Assembly: GCA_963817785.1 (NCBI GenBank)
Contig: CAWFPL010000008.1
Location: forward strand, 912,463 to 976,462
DNA: 64,000 nt
From: an uncultured Pseudomonadota bacterium
Lineage (GTDB): Bacteria > Pseudomonadota > Gammaproteobacteria > Burkholderiales > SG8-39
Direction of reading: 5' to 3'
Numbering within the stretch: position 1 is the first letter of the stretch; each line of letters starts with the position of its first letter. The notes under the pieces are model-generated. The model was not told the origin of the DNA. It saw only the letters and a program-made list of their open reading frames with translations, and did no database searches. Positions 9,547-19,020 of the stretch are shown here, piece after piece. The translations under genes and the position numbers were made by a program.

Positions 9547-9895
9547 GATGTGCTCCTACGATAAGAACGAAACGCTACGGGAGGACGTTGGATGACCTTC
9601 GACGGATGCCCTGTAAAGCATTGGCGAGCGGGTACCTGATCTGCGTCAAAGTGTCCATGATACCGGAGGAAGCCCAGTCTCCCGTTCTGACGGGTCCGAA
9701 AATCCCTGGGCAGGTCACAAACGCAATCCCTGAGAATGCTGCGTCGCAGCGCCCGCTCCGGCGGCGCCTTGCGGACAAGCAGTTAAGAGACGACGCGTTC
9801 CCTTTTTGATCCACGTCAATCGGTGCCGCTTCGGCAGGCATAGCTTGATGTTCCCGAGCGCGCCATCGACGCGAACCGTCCGCAAGGAGGACACC

Positions 9896-10903
9896 ATGCA
9901 ACCCACCCCGGAACACCTGCGCTGGATGTACGAGAAGATGTCGCTTATCCGGCAGTACGAGGAGACCATGGCCAAGGTCTACCTCGAGGGCAAGCTGCCC
10001 CCCCACATTCAGAAGGGACTCGCGTTCGATATCGGATCGGGACCGGTGCCCGGCGAAATGCACCTCTCGGCGGGACAGGAGCCGGTCGCGGCGGGCGTGT
10101 GCGCGCACCTGAAGCGCGAGGACTCGGTCGTCGGCACGCACCGCGCGCACCACTTCGCCATCGCGAAGGGCGTGCCGCTCGATCGCATGACCGCGGAGAT
10201 CTTCGGCAAGGAGACCGGTCTCGGACACGGCAAGGGCGGCCACATGCACCTGTTCGACGCCGAGCACAAGTTCGGCTGCAGCGGCATCGTCGGCGCCAGC
10301 ATGCCGCAGGCCTGCGGCTTTGCGCTGGCGGCCAAGAAGCTCGGCAAGGACTGGGTTTCGGTGGCCTTCTTCGGGGAGGGCGCGGCCAATCAGGGGTCGT
10401 TTCACGAGTCGCTCAACCTCGCGGCGCTGTGGAAGCTGCCGGTGGTATTCGTGTGCGAGGACAACAAGTGGGCCATCTCGGTCGAGAAGAGCGTCGCGAC
10501 GGCGGTGCTCCGCAACAGCGACCGCGCCCCGGCGTACGGCATCCCCGGCGTGCACGTCGACCACAATGACGCGCTCGAGGTCTATGCGGCCGCGGGCGAG
10601 GCGGTGGCGCGCGCGCGCCGCGGCGAGGGCCCGACCCTGATCGAGGTCAAGACCGACCGCTTCTTCGGCCACTTCCAGGGCGATGCCGAGGCGTACCGGC
10701 CCAAGGGCGAGGTCGAGGAGCTGCACCGCCACGACCCGATCCCGGCGCTGGCCGCCGCCATCAAGCAGCGCGGCGTCGCCGACGAAGCCGCGCTCGAGCG
10801 CATGCGCGGCGAGGCCAAGCGCCAGGTCGACGCCGCCTTCGCCTTCGCGCGCTCGAGCGCCTACCCCCAACCCGCCGCAGCGCTGCAGCACGTGTTCGCC
10901 TGA
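9896..10903 (+). CDS. TPP-dependent 2-oxoacid/acetoin dehydrogenase E1 alpha subunit
   Basis: ORF 9806..10903. I set the start at ATG 9896, downstream of AAGGAGG. Motifs: GEMHLSAGQE, HRAH, GSGIVGASMPQA, FFGEGAANQGSFHESLN (TPP-binding). Confidence 0.85.
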   Translation: MQPTPEHLRWMYEKMSLIRQYEETMAKVYLEGKLPPHIQKGLAFDIGSGPVPGEMHLSAGQEPVAAGVCAHLKREDSVVGTHRAHHFAIAKGVPLDRMTAEIFGKETGLGHGKGGHMHLFDAEHKFGCSGIVGASMPQACGFALAAKKLGKDWVSVAFFGEGAANQGSFHESLNLAALWKLPVVFVCEDNKWAISVEKSVATAVLRNSDRAPAYGIPGVHVDHNDALEVYAAAGEAVARARRGEGPTLIEVKTDRFFGHFQGDAEAYRPKGEVEELHRHDPIPALAAAIKQRGVADEAALERMRGEAKRQVDAAFAFARSSAYPQPAAALQHVFA

Positions 10904-10936
10904 GCGCGCCCGCAACGAACCCGCAGGAGACAGATC

Positions 10937-12007
10937 ATGGCACTCGCAACCGCAACGACCGCCGTGCAAGCGAAACCCGAAGCCGCTGCAGCCGCGCGCA
11001 GGCTCACCATGGCCCAGGCGATGTCGGAGGCGATCGGCTCCGAGATGGAGCGCGATCCCAAGGTCTTCGTGATGGGAGAGGACATCGGCAAGTACGGCGG
11101 CATTTTCAGCGCCACTTCCGGCCTGCTCGATCGCTTCGGCAAGGAGCGCATCATGGACACGCCGATTTCCGAGACCGCGTTCCTCGGCACCGCGCTCGGC
11201 GCGGCGGCCGAAGGCATGCGCCCGATCGCCGAGCTGATGTTCGTCGACTTCTTCGGCGTGTGCATGGACCAGATCTACAACCACATCGCGAAGAACACCT
11301 ACATGTCGGGCGGAACCATGCGCCTGCCGCTGGTGATCACCACCGCGATCGGCGGCGGCTACGGCGACGCTGCGCAGCACTCGCAGTGCCTGTACGGCCT
11401 GTTCGCGCACGTGCCGGGCCTGAAGGTCGTGGTGCCATCGAACGCGTACGACGCCAAGGGGCTGATGATCTCGGCGATCCGCGACGACAACCCGGTGATG
11501 TACTTCTTCCACAAGGGGATCATGGGGCTGCCGTGGATGGCCTACTTCGAGGGCAGCACCAACGACGTTCCGGCCGAGGCCTATACGCTGCCGTTCGGCA
11601 AGGCGCGCATCGCCCGTGCCGGCACCGACCTCACCATCGTGACGATCAGCCAGATGGTGCACAAGGCGGCGCTCGCCGCGGAGGCGCTGCAACGCGAGGG
11701 CGTAAGCGCGGAAGTGATCGACCTGCGCACGCTGGTGCCGCTCGACGTGGACGGCGTGCTCGCGTCCGTGGCGAAGACCGGCCGGCTGCTGGTGGCCGAC
11801 GAGGACTACCTCAACTTCGGGCTGACCGGCGAGATCGCCGCGCTGGTGGCCGAGCGGCTCGACACGATCCGCCTCAAGGCGCCGGTGCGGCGCCTCGGGG
11901 TGCCCGGAGTGCCCATCCCGTACAGCCGGCCGCTCGAGCACGCCGCCATCCCGCAGGTGGAGTCCATCGTCGCGGCGGGCAAACAGCTGATGAGCGCGCG
12001 GCTCTAG
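10937..12007 (+). CDS. 2-oxoacid/acetoin dehydrogenase E1 beta subunit
   Basis: 356 aa with the transketolase-like pyrimidine-binding pattern VFVMGEDIGKYGGIFSATSGL...RIMDTPISE. An AGGAGA RBS precedes the start. Confidence 0.85.
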   Translation: MALATATTAVQAKPEAAAAARRLTMAQAMSEAIGSEMERDPKVFVMGEDIGKYGGIFSATSGLLDRFGKERIMDTPISETAFLGTALGAAAEGMRPIAELMFVDFFGVCMDQIYNHIAKNTYMSGGTMRLPLVITTAIGGGYGDAAQHSQCLYGLFAHVPGLKVVVPSNAYDAKGLMISAIRDDNPVMYFFHKGIMGLPWMAYFEGSTNDVPAEAYTLPFGKARIARAGTDLTIVTISQMVHKAALAAEALQREGVSAEVIDLRTLVPLDVDGVLASVAKTGRLLVADEDYLNFGLTGEIAALVAERLDTIRLKAPVRRLGVPGVPIPYSRPLEHAAIPQVESIVAAGKQLMSARL

Positions 12008-12021
12008 GCACGCCTGCGGCG

Positions 12022-12273
12022 ATGCTCGCGATCCGTCTCGGCGACGAGATGTGGGAGGGCGTCGAAATCGGCACCGAGGCGCTGCTCGAGAAGTGGCTGG
12101 TGAAGGAGGGCGACACGGTGAGCGCCGGCCAGCCCGTCGCCAACGTGGTGCTGGTGAAAGCGGCAATCGAGGTGAGCGCGCCGGCGAGCGGCCGCATCGC
12201 GAAGATCCTGGTCGCGTCCGAGCAGACCTTCGGGCCCGGCCGCGATCTCGCGCTGCTGGAGCCGGCGGGCTGA
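12022..12273 (+). CDS. lipoyl/biotinyl-attachment domain protein, 83 aa (E2 lipoyl domain only)
   Basis: ATG 12022 inside track ORF 11260..12273. The sequence GDTVSAGQPVANVVLVKAAIEVSAPASGRIAKILV is a lipoyl-Lys hairpin motif. No catalytic E2 domain follows it. Confidence 0.7.
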   Translation: MLAIRLGDEMWEGVEIGTEALLEKWLVKEGDTVSAGQPVANVVLVKAAIEVSAPASGRIAKILVASEQTFGPGRDLALLEPAG

Positions 12274-12286
12274 TCGAGCCGGAGGC

Positions 12287-13588
12287 GTGCTCGACTTCGG
12301 GCCGCGCGAGGTGAGCGCGGACGCCGAGGAGGAGGAGCGCAGCCGGCATGCGCGCGGCTGCCCAGGTCGCCGTTATTGGCGAGGGATTCACGAAGGCTTG
12401 GCGCTGTCCTACCGGCGCGGCGGACAAGGCTCGGGCACCTGGAGCGCCCGCCTGAAGCTCTCAGACGGCCGCTACGCGCTTCGCGCGCTCGGGACGGCTG
12501 AGAGACGACCACGCCCCCGCCAATGACGTGGACGTGCTGACCTTTGCGCGGCCCAGAAGGCCGCCCTGACGCTTCAGGATCAGGCCAAGCGGGACGAGGG
12601 CATCGTCACCCGGCCCGCCGCGGTCGCGGAAGCGGCCGAGAAGTACCTCGCCTGGTTCCGCCAGCATCGCAAATCGGTCAAGGAAACCGAGCACGCCTAC
12701 CGGGTCCACATCAAGCCCATCCTCGGGGATCGGCGCATCGCGGACCTGAAGGCCCCCGAGCTGCGCCAATGGCTCGACGGTCTCGCCGCGCAGCCCGCCC
12801 GGATCCGCTCGGGCCGCTTCGCTGAGAAGCAGCGCTTCAAGGCCGCCCCCGAGACCGCCGACGAAAAGCGGGCCCGGCGCTCGACCGCGAACCGGATTCT
12901 CAGCATCCTGAAGGCGATTCTCAACAAGGCGTTCCGCGACGGCCTGGTGTCCGACGATTCGGAATGGCGCAAGGTCAAGCCCTTCGAAAAGGCCGACGAG
13001 GCGCGCATCCGGTTCCTTAGCAATGCCGAGGCCGTGCGCCTGGTGAACGCCTGCGCGGGCGACTTCCGGCCCCTCGTGCGTGCGGCGCTGCTTGCGGGAG
13101 CGCGTTACGGCGAGCTGGTCACCCTCAAGGCGCAGGACGTTGACCTGCGCGCTGGCAAAATCCACCTGGCGACCGGCAAGTCGGGCCGCGCCCGTTACGT
13201 GCCGCTCAATCCCGAGGGAGTCGAGCTGTTTCGCGATCGACTCACCGGCGCGACCGGCGACGCCCTCGTCTTCGCTCACGCGAACGGAGCGGCCTGGGGA
13301 AAGAATCACCATGTGCGGCCGCTCGCCAACGCCTGCAAAGCGGCCAAGGTCAAGCCGGCGATCGCGTTCCACGAGCTGCGCCATACCTATGCGTCGCAAT
13401 TGGCGCAGGCCGGCGTCGATCTGCTGACCATCAGCAAGCTGCTCGGACACTCAGACACCCGCATCACCTCGAAGCACTACGCGCACCTGGCGGACAAGAC
13501 CCTGGCCGCCGCGGTGATGAAGCTGCCGAGCTTCGGGCCCGACAAGAAGGCCCTCGTGACCGAGGTCCGCAGGGCGGCTGCGGCATGA
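12287..13588 (+). pseudogene. tyrosine recombinase/integrase, disrupted
   Basis: Frame 2 carries integrase-like sequence from 12287 to 13588: GLALSYRRGGQGSGTWSARL... in the arm-binding region and HELRHTYASQLAQAGVDLLTISKLLGHSDTRITSKHYAHL in the catalytic domain. The frame is broken by TGA at 12524-12526. There is no start codon between 12527 and 12946, and no convincing N-terminal start. The intact catalytic part is track ORF 12947..13588. Confidence 0.75.
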
Positions 13589-13647
13589 AGCGCCCCTTGA
13601 CGGCCGGACAGTTTTGTCCGATAGTGACCTGACGTGCCGAGCGAGCC

Positions 13648-13863
13648 GTGCGGGGCAACGAATTCATCCGCCGGGTGCAGAGACACGCGAAGAGCAGTGG
13701 GCTCGCCTTCGAGTGGCGCCCCGATCGCGGCAGAGTCTCGCACGGCGTGCTGATCCTCGCCGACCGGCGCACCGTGGTCCGGAACCCGAAGAACGAGCTG
13801 AAAACCGGGACCTACCACGCCATGCTCAAACAGCTCGGGCTGACGGACAAGGACCTGCACTGA
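13648..13863 (+). CDS. hicA: HicA-family toxin (mRNA interferase)
   Basis: 71 aa with the C-terminal pattern VVRNPKNELKTGTYHAMLKQLGL, typical of HicA. It is immediately followed by HicB. Confidence 0.7.
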   Translation: MRGNEFIRRVQRHAKSSGLAFEWRPDRGRVSHGVLILADRRTVVRNPKNELKTGTYHAMLKQLGLTDKDLH

Positions 13864-13873
13864 GGAACAAGCG

Positions 13874-14302
13874 ATGCTGCGATTTACCTATCCCGTGAAA
13901 CTCACCCGCGACCGCAAGGACGGCGGCTTCGCGGTGACCTGCCGCGACCTGCCCGAGGCCATCACCCAGGGCGATTCGATCGAGAACGCGCTTTCCGAGG
14001 CCGAGGGCGCGGTGCAGGCGGCGATCGAGGCGCGCATCGAGGACGACATGGAACTCCCACAGCCTTCGCAGCCGAAGGCTGGCGAGAGGCTTGTCGCAAC
14101 GCCCATCGCGACCGCCCTGAAGGCCGCCGTGTATTTGACGATGAAAGAGCAGGACGTTTCCAAATCGGAACTCGCGCGCCGTATGCAGGTAGACGAGAAA
14201 GAGACGCGGCGGATGCTCGATCCCAGGCACCCGACCAAAGTACCGACGCTCGAACGCGCGCTCGCCGCGCTCGGCCGGCGCGCGGTGGTCGAGGTGAGTT
14301 AG
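13874..14302 (+). CDS. hicB: HicB-family antitoxin with C-terminal HTH
   Basis: 142 aa. The N-terminus YPVKLTRDRKDGGFAVTCRDLPEAITQGDSIENAL is the HicB fold pattern. The C-terminus SKSELARRMQVDEKETRRMLD is an HTH. Confidence 0.75.
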   Translation: MLRFTYPVKLTRDRKDGGFAVTCRDLPEAITQGDSIENALSEAEGAVQAAIEARIEDDMELPQPSQPKAGERLVATPIATALKAAVYLTMKEQDVSKSELARRMQVDEKETRRMLDPRHPTKVPTLERALAALGRRAVVEVS

Positions 14303-14340
14303 GGACAAGCTGACCACAAAAACGAAGAGGCAGCCCCGCT

Positions 14341-14868
14341 GTGCGAGCACGGAGAGCGGTCAATCTGCCACGCATGCACAAGATGCGCAGGGCCAAGCCC
14401 AAATCTATTACGGTAAACGCTGGTGCGGCGAAGCTGCGACGCGCGAAATGGACCGAATCGCTCACCACACCGGACCGCGCTACATCTTCGGTAACTGACT
14501 CGGATCGGTTCAAACGCGCATTGGAAACCGCGAAGTGCTGGGAGGATGCCCTTACTGCAGTCGGAGCATCTAGAGCAACAAGGCGGAAGGCGCTCGTTAT
14601 GCTCGCCTACGCTGGCGCCTTGAGGCCGCCCAAGAAAAAACGCGGTCGTAAACCACTGTCGCGCAATAACCGCGTCGAAAGGCACGGTCTGATTCGCTCC
14701 CTGTATCAGATCGGCGTCCTTATTCTGAAAAAGCGCGGCATAAAGCAGCCCACGCAGGAGTGCGCGGTTCTCGAAGGGTTGAGGCTCATGGATCACGGCA
14801 AAGCAAATGCCAACTTGAAAAGGCAAGCGCACGATTACGCCAAGCACAAGCTCGCAGCCGCTCTCTGA
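14341..14868 (+). CDS. hypothetical basic protein
   Basis: Track ORF of 175 aa in a visibly lower-GC stretch. I recognise no motif. An alternative start exists at ATG 14374. A terminator-like hairpin follows. Confidence 0.4.
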   Translation: MRARRAVNLPRMHKMRRAKPKSITVNAGAAKLRRAKWTESLTTPDRATSSVTDSDRFKRALETAKCWEDALTAVGASRATRRKALVMLAYAGALRPPKKKRGRKPLSRNNRVERHGLIRSLYQIGVLILKKRGIKQPTQECAVLEGLRLMDHGKANANLKRQAHDYAKHKLAAAL

Positions 14869-14946
14869 GACCCCGACGCGCTGCCCCCTCCTATACCGGA
14901 AGCCTGACGTGCCGCGCGTCGCATAAGCTGCGCGCGCATCTTCCCT

Positions 14947-14971
14947 CCCGGAAAATTCCCGGGGCTTTTTT
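14947..14971 (+). terminator. rho-independent terminator candidate
   Basis: A cccgg/ccggg stem (14947-14951 with 14959-14963) is followed by gc and a T6 run (14966-14971). Confidence 0.5.
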
Positions 14972-15024
14972 GGGGGGAAACGTCAACGGATGCTGCAATC
15001 CTCGCATAGACACACGGAGGATTT

Positions 15025-15240
15025 ATGGCATCGACCGCGACCAGCTACCGCGCTGGATTTTCCATCCGGGAGTTCGCCAGCATCGTCGGCGTGAGCCGTG
15101 CCCTCCTATACAGCCTGCCCGTTGTCACTGATCGCCCCCCATGCCACGTTCCCGCAGAGTCGCGAAATCCTGATCGAGCGACAGCTCGCGTAAGCCGCGC
15201 AACTACCGAGACCTCATTTCCCAAGGCTCGGTCCAGCTAA
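15025..15240 (+). CDS. AlpA/excisionase-like HTH protein, possibly frameshifted
   Basis: FSIREFASIVGVSRALLYSL resembles the AlpA/Xis HTH. After a C6 run (15135-15140), a different frame reads ...SREILIERQLA*, which looks like the normal C-terminus. Confidence 0.35.
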   Translation: MASTATSYRAGFSIREFASIVGVSRALLYSLPVVTDRPPCHVPAESRNPDRATARVSRATTETSFPKARSS

Positions 15241-15394
15241 AAATATGAAATGCGCATGTGAGTTCCGCGGAAAAACGGCAGTCGAATATAACATATTGAA
15301 TATTCTAATGAACTTCTCTCCTCAGGCTGAAATTCCGGGACGATTAATCACCGCGGCGCGCGAGACCACAACCGGTCTGTCTGCGTCCTCTTCC

Positions 15395-15423
15395 TTGACA
15401 CACTGTATTCCATATACGAAAAT
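15395..15423 (+). promoter_or_regulatory. sigma70-type promoter candidate for the IclR operon
   Basis: TTGACA (15395-15400), a 17-nt spacer, then GAAAAT (15418-15423). A second -10-like TAGAAT lies at 15437-15442, just before GTG 15451. The surrounding tract is AT-rich and contains the palindrome gaatat-N10-atattc (15284-15305). Confidence 0.35.
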
Positions 15424-15450
15424 GTTTTTCATCCCGTAGAATTTAGAGCC

Positions 15451-16194
15451 GTGACCGCCGTCCGTACCGCCGACCGCACCCTGGCGATCTTCGAAGCCTT
15501 CGAAGCAGTTCGTCGCCCGATGCTGCTTAGCGAACTCGCTGAGCAGGCCGGTGTTCCAGTGAGCAGTTGCCACGGCTTGGTCCAGACGCTTTTCGAGCGC
15601 GGTTATCTCTATTCGGTCACTCGCCGCAAGGAAATCTATCCGACGCGGCGGCTGCTGGATGTCTCGCAGACCATTGTGGCGCACGATCCGTTTTTGAACC
15701 GCATCGAGCGTGCGCTGCACAAGTTGCGCGATCGTACCGAGGAGACGGTTATCCTCGGCAAGCGCCAGGGCGATTCAGTTCTCTACCTAGAGGTGGTGCC
15801 GGGACTGCACACCATCCGATACACGGCCAGTCCGGGGGAGCGAAAACCCCTACATTCAAGTTCAATTGGTAAGGTGGTCCTGGGCAGCCTCGCTCCGGAG
15901 GCGCTCGACAAATGGCTGGATTCGCGCCGTCTGACTGCGACGACCACGCACACCATCGTTGATGCAGAGCAGTTGAAGGCCGACCTTGAAAAGGGCCACC
16001 GACGGGGCTATTTCATGACCAAGGGGGAGAACGTCGTCGATGTCACTGCTGTCGCGGTCCCGCTTCGGATCAACAAGGAGATTCTCGGCTTGGCGGTAGC
16101 CGGGCCGTCTCATCGCATGTCATCGCGATACCAAGACCACGCGGACTGCCTATTGGAGGCAGAGCGCTCCATCGAAGCGTTTTTCGGGAAATGA
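15451..16194 (+). CDS. IclR-family transcriptional regulator
   Basis: 247 aa. The N-terminal wHTH (ADRTLAIFEAFEAVRRPMLLSELAEQAGVPVSSCHGLVQTL) and the C-terminal effector domain (LGLAVAGPSHRM) are the IclR pattern. Confidence 0.85.
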   Translation: MTAVRTADRTLAIFEAFEAVRRPMLLSELAEQAGVPVSSCHGLVQTLFERGYLYSVTRRKEIYPTRRLLDVSQTIVAHDPFLNRIERALHKLRDRTEETVILGKRQGDSVLYLEVVPGLHTIRYTASPGERKPLHSSSIGKVVLGSLAPEALDKWLDSRRLTATTTHTIVDAEQLKADLEKGHRRGYFMTKGENVVDVTAVAVPLRINKEILGLAVAGPSHRMSSRYQDHADCLLEAERSIEAFFGK

Positions 16195-16967
16195 GAGCGC
16201 TCCAATTTCTCAAGGTCGAAGTGCGCGATAGCGTGCTGCGGGTCTGCATTAACCGTCCCGAGAAGCGAAACGCACTAAGTCGGGCCGTGCTGGAAGAACT
16301 CGGCCATATATTTGTGGAACATTGCACCGACACATCGCTGCGAGCAGCAGTGATCACTGGGTCAGGCGATAAGAGCTTCGCTGCCGGCGGTGACCTCAAG
16401 GAGTTTGCTTCGTTGCGCAGCGAAGCTGACGCGGATGCCCTATTTCGCCACGCCAACGAAGCACTCGGAGCGGTGCGCCGCTTCGCCGTACCCGTTATTG
16501 CGGCGCTTAACGGCCTCGCCCTTGGGGGCGGCGCAGAGCTTGCTCTTGCGTGCGATTTCCGCGTCGCGGCGGCACACGCTGGGATTGGCTTCGTTCAAGG
16601 TCGTCTCAACATCTCCACAGGATTCGGTGGCGGAACCGACCTTGTCCAACTTTTGGGGACACAGCGGGCGCTGCGCATTCTGGCGGAGGCCAGGATTCTT
16701 AACGCCGAAGAGGCCCGCGAGATTGGCTTGTTCGACGCCGTGGGAGCACAGAGCGAGCCGCTCGAGAACTGTATCGAGCGCTTCCTCGAACCTTTGCGCG
16801 CCCAGGTACCGCACGTACTACGCGCGTTCAAGACGCTGGCATCGGGCCAACGCCTTGGGCTGACGCGCGCCGAACGCGAGCGCCGCGAACAGACGGAGTT
16901 CGTGCGCACCTGGATACACCCTGATCACTGGGCCGCGGCAGATCGGCTGTTGGCCCGTAAATCGTGA
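16191..16967 (+). CDS. enoyl-CoA hydratase/isomerase (crotonase) family protein
   Basis: 258 aa with INRPEKRNAL, ITGSGDKSFAAGGDLKEF and ALNGLALGGGAELALACD (oxyanion-hole motifs). ATGA overlap with iclR. Confidence 0.85.
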   Translation: MRALQFLKVEVRDSVLRVCINRPEKRNALSRAVLEELGHIFVEHCTDTSLRAAVITGSGDKSFAAGGDLKEFASLRSEADADALFRHANEALGAVRRFAVPVIAALNGLALGGGAELALACDFRVAAAHAGIGFVQGRLNISTGFGGGTDLVQLLGTQRALRILAEARILNAEEAREIGLFDAVGAQSEPLENCIERFLEPLRAQVPHVLRAFKTLASGQRLGLTRAERERREQTEFVRTWIHPDHWAAADRLLARKS

Positions 16968-16975
16968 GGAAGAGC

Positions 16976-18601
16976 ATGAGCGCTGTAAATCAGGAAGCAC
17001 GAGGATCGAACAGGGTCCCACACCTTGGGACGGCAATCCCCTCCGGTATCGAGGCGCCAGTGGTCGTCACACCGGACATGTGCCGTACCCAAGAGATCGG
17101 ACAGCCCGGGGAGTTCCCATTCACGCGTGGAATCTTTCCTGATGGATTCCGCGGCCGCCTCTGGACCATGCGCCAGTACTCGGGGTTCGGCACGGCGGAA
17201 GAATCCAACGAGCGCTACCGCTTCCTGCTCAAGCAAGGACAGACGGGACTGTCGGTGGCGCTCGACCTGCCGACGCAATGCGGGCTCGACCCGGTCGATC
17301 CGATGGCGCGCCCCGAGATTGGTAAGGTCGGAGTGTCCCTTTCCAACCTGTCAGAAATGGAGAGCCTATTTCAGGGGATCGATCTTTCGCAAATCTCAAC
17401 CTCCTTCACCATCAATGGCAGCGCGGCCATCATCTATGCGATGTACGTTGCGTGCGCTGACCGCAACGGCGTATCGCGCGAGAAGCTCACTGGGACCATC
17501 CAGAATGACATCCTGAAGGAGTATGTCGCGCGCGGCACCTGGATCTTTCCGACACGCCCGTCCATGCGCCTGATTTCCGACACAGTGGTATTCGGCAGCC
17601 AGACGACGCCGCGCTTCAACACAATCTCGATCGCCGGCGCCCACATGCGCGACGCCGGCTGCACAGCCGCCGAGGAGATCGCCTATACGTTGGCCAACGG
17701 TCTTGCCTACGTCGACGAGCTGATCAAGCGCGGCGGCAGCGCCGACCAGTTCGCCAAGCGCCTGTCGTTCTTCTTCTATGTACATATGGACCTTTTCGAG
17801 GAGGTCGCCAAGTTCCGCGCGGCCCGACGAATCTGGGCTCGCTTGCTTAAAGAACGCTATGGCGTCACCGACCCCAAGGCGCAGATGTTCCGCTTCGGCG
17901 TCGTCTGTGGCGGCTCGTCTCTCGTGGCGCCGCAGCCCTACAACAACGTGGTGCGTGTCGCGACCGAGACGCTTGCCGCAGTCATGGGAGGCGCTCAATC
18001 GATCTTTACGTGTGCGTACGACGAAGCCTTCCAGATCCCGACCGAATTCTCGGCCGAGCTGGCGTTGCGCACGCAGCAGATTGTCGGCTACGAGAGTGGC
18101 GTGGCGCGCACCGTCGATCCCCTCGGGGGGAGCTATTACGTCGAATATCTCACCGACCAGATGGAAGACAGGATCATTGCGTTGATGAAGGAAGTCGAGA
18201 ATCACGGCGGCGCCGTCAAGGCAATCGAGGAGGGGTGGCTTCAGCTTCAGGTCGCTCGGCGCGCCCACGAGCGCAAGGTGCAGGTTGACAGCGGCGAGCG
18301 ACCAGTGGTTGGCTTGAACTGCTTCCGGCGCGAAGATCAACAGGTCGCTCCGGGAGAGATGTTCCATCTGGATCCTCGCGTCAGCCAACGCGTGCTCGAG
18401 AATTTCGAGGCGGTGCGTACGCACCGAAACGGGGCAGAGGTCAAGCGCACCCTTGACCGCCTTGCGCAGGCGTGCGCGAAGGACGACGAGAACCTGATGC
18501 CCTACCTCATCGACTGCTGTCACGCCTACGCTACGGTTGGCGAGATGGTCAGCCGCCTCAAGGCCCAATGGGGGGAATTTCGGGAGCCAGTACGCCTATG
18601 A
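16976..18601 (+). CDS. adenosylcobalamin-dependent acyl-CoA mutase, large (substrate-binding) subunit
   Basis: [66 protein letters not shown] and [10 protein letters not shown] are MCM/ICM-family barrel motifs. I set the start at ATG 16976, after GAGGAAG. Confidence 0.85.
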   Translation: MSAVNQEARGSNRVPHLGTAIPSGIEAPVVVTPDMCRTQEIGQPGEFPFTRGIFPDGFRGRLWTMRQYSGFGTAEESNERYRFLLKQGQTGLSVALDLPTQCGLDPVDPMARPEIGKVGVSLSNLSEMESLFQGIDLSQISTSFTINGSAAIIYAMYVACADRNGVSREKLTGTIQNDILKEYVARGTWIFPTRPSMRLISDTVVFGSQTTPRFNTISIAGAHMRDAGCTAAEEIAYTLANGLAYVDELIKRGGSADQFAKRLSFFFYVHMDLFEEVAKFRAARRIWARLLKERYGVTDPKAQMFRFGVVCGGSSLVAPQPYNNVVRVATETLAAVMGGAQSIFTCAYDEAFQIPTEFSAELALRTQQIVGYESGVARTVDPLGGSYYVEYLTDQMEDRIIALMKEVENHGGAVKAIEEGWLQLQVARRAHERKVQVDSGERPVVGLNCFRREDQQVAPGEMFHLDPRVSQRVLENFEAVRTHRNGAEVKRTLDRLAQACAKDDENLMPYLIDCCHAYATVGEMVSRLKAQWGEFREPVRL

Positions 18602-19020
18602 GCACATCATCACCCGCCACCACCCCATCCCTGCGCGGCAAGCGCATCCTGATTGCCAAACCCGGTCTGGACGGCCACGACGTGGGCGCCAAGGTGATCG
18701 CCTTGGCACTACGCGATGCGGGGGCCGACGTGATCTACACGGGACTGCGCAAGACTCCCGGTTTCATTGCACGTGCCGCGGTTGACGAGGACGTCGATGC
18801 CGTGGGGTTGTCAATTCTATCCGGCAGCCACAACGATCTGGTTGCCGAGACCATGGAGGAGCTGCGCGCCTTGAACGCCGTGGAGATTCCCCTGTTCGTT
18901 GGCGGCACCATTCCCGCTCATGACCAAGAGACGTTGCGCGCGCAAGGCGTGCGCGGGGTGTTCACGAGCGACATGCTGTTGGAGGACGTAGTCGCTTCGA
19001 TTGCACGCAGTCTCTCATGA
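18598..19020 (+). CDS. acyl-CoA mutase small subunit (B12-binding domain)
   Basis: 140 aa with RILIAKPGLDGHDVGAKVIALALRDAGADVIYTG (the DxHxxG cobalamin-binding motif) and SILSGSH. ATGA overlap with the large subunit. Confidence 0.85.
   Translation: MSTSSPATTPSLRGKRILIAKPGLDGHDVGAKVIALALRDAGADVIYTGLRKTPGFIARAAVDEDVDAVGLSILSGSHNDLVAETMEELRALNAVEIPLFVGGTIPAHDQETLRAQGVRGVFTSDMLLEDVVASIARSLS

Noticed and set aside
6453-9564. Long plus-strand ORFs 6453..8261 (602 aa) and 7936..9564 (542 aa)
   Set aside because: They are antisense to the AMP-ligase, membrane protein, ACP and BON genes. Their composition is dominated by Arg/Pro/Ala, and they have no RBS or motif.
9820-9845. Sigma-54 promoter upstream of the E1 operon (ggcaggcatagcttga), expected for acetoin-type operons
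   Set aside because: The GG-to-(G)C spacing is off by 2 nt in either register, and the -12 element reads TTGA rather than TTGC. No AcoR-like activator gene is in the window.
9575-12427. 950-aa minus-strand ORF, the longest in the window
   Set aside because: It lies exactly antisense to the well-supported E1 alpha/beta and lipoyl genes. It is Arg/Ala/Gly/His-rich low-complexity sequence with no motif. This is a typical shadow ORF of GC-rich DNA.
12524-12526. The in-frame TGA inside the integrase as a second selenocysteine codon, given selABC in the window
   Set aside because: I see no SECIS-like hairpin in the 40 nt downstream and no redox context. The neighbouring +1 frame reads more integrase-like (DDHAPANDVDVLTFA) for ~15 codons, which points to indels. 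The gene also lacks a start. Decay is the simpler explanation.
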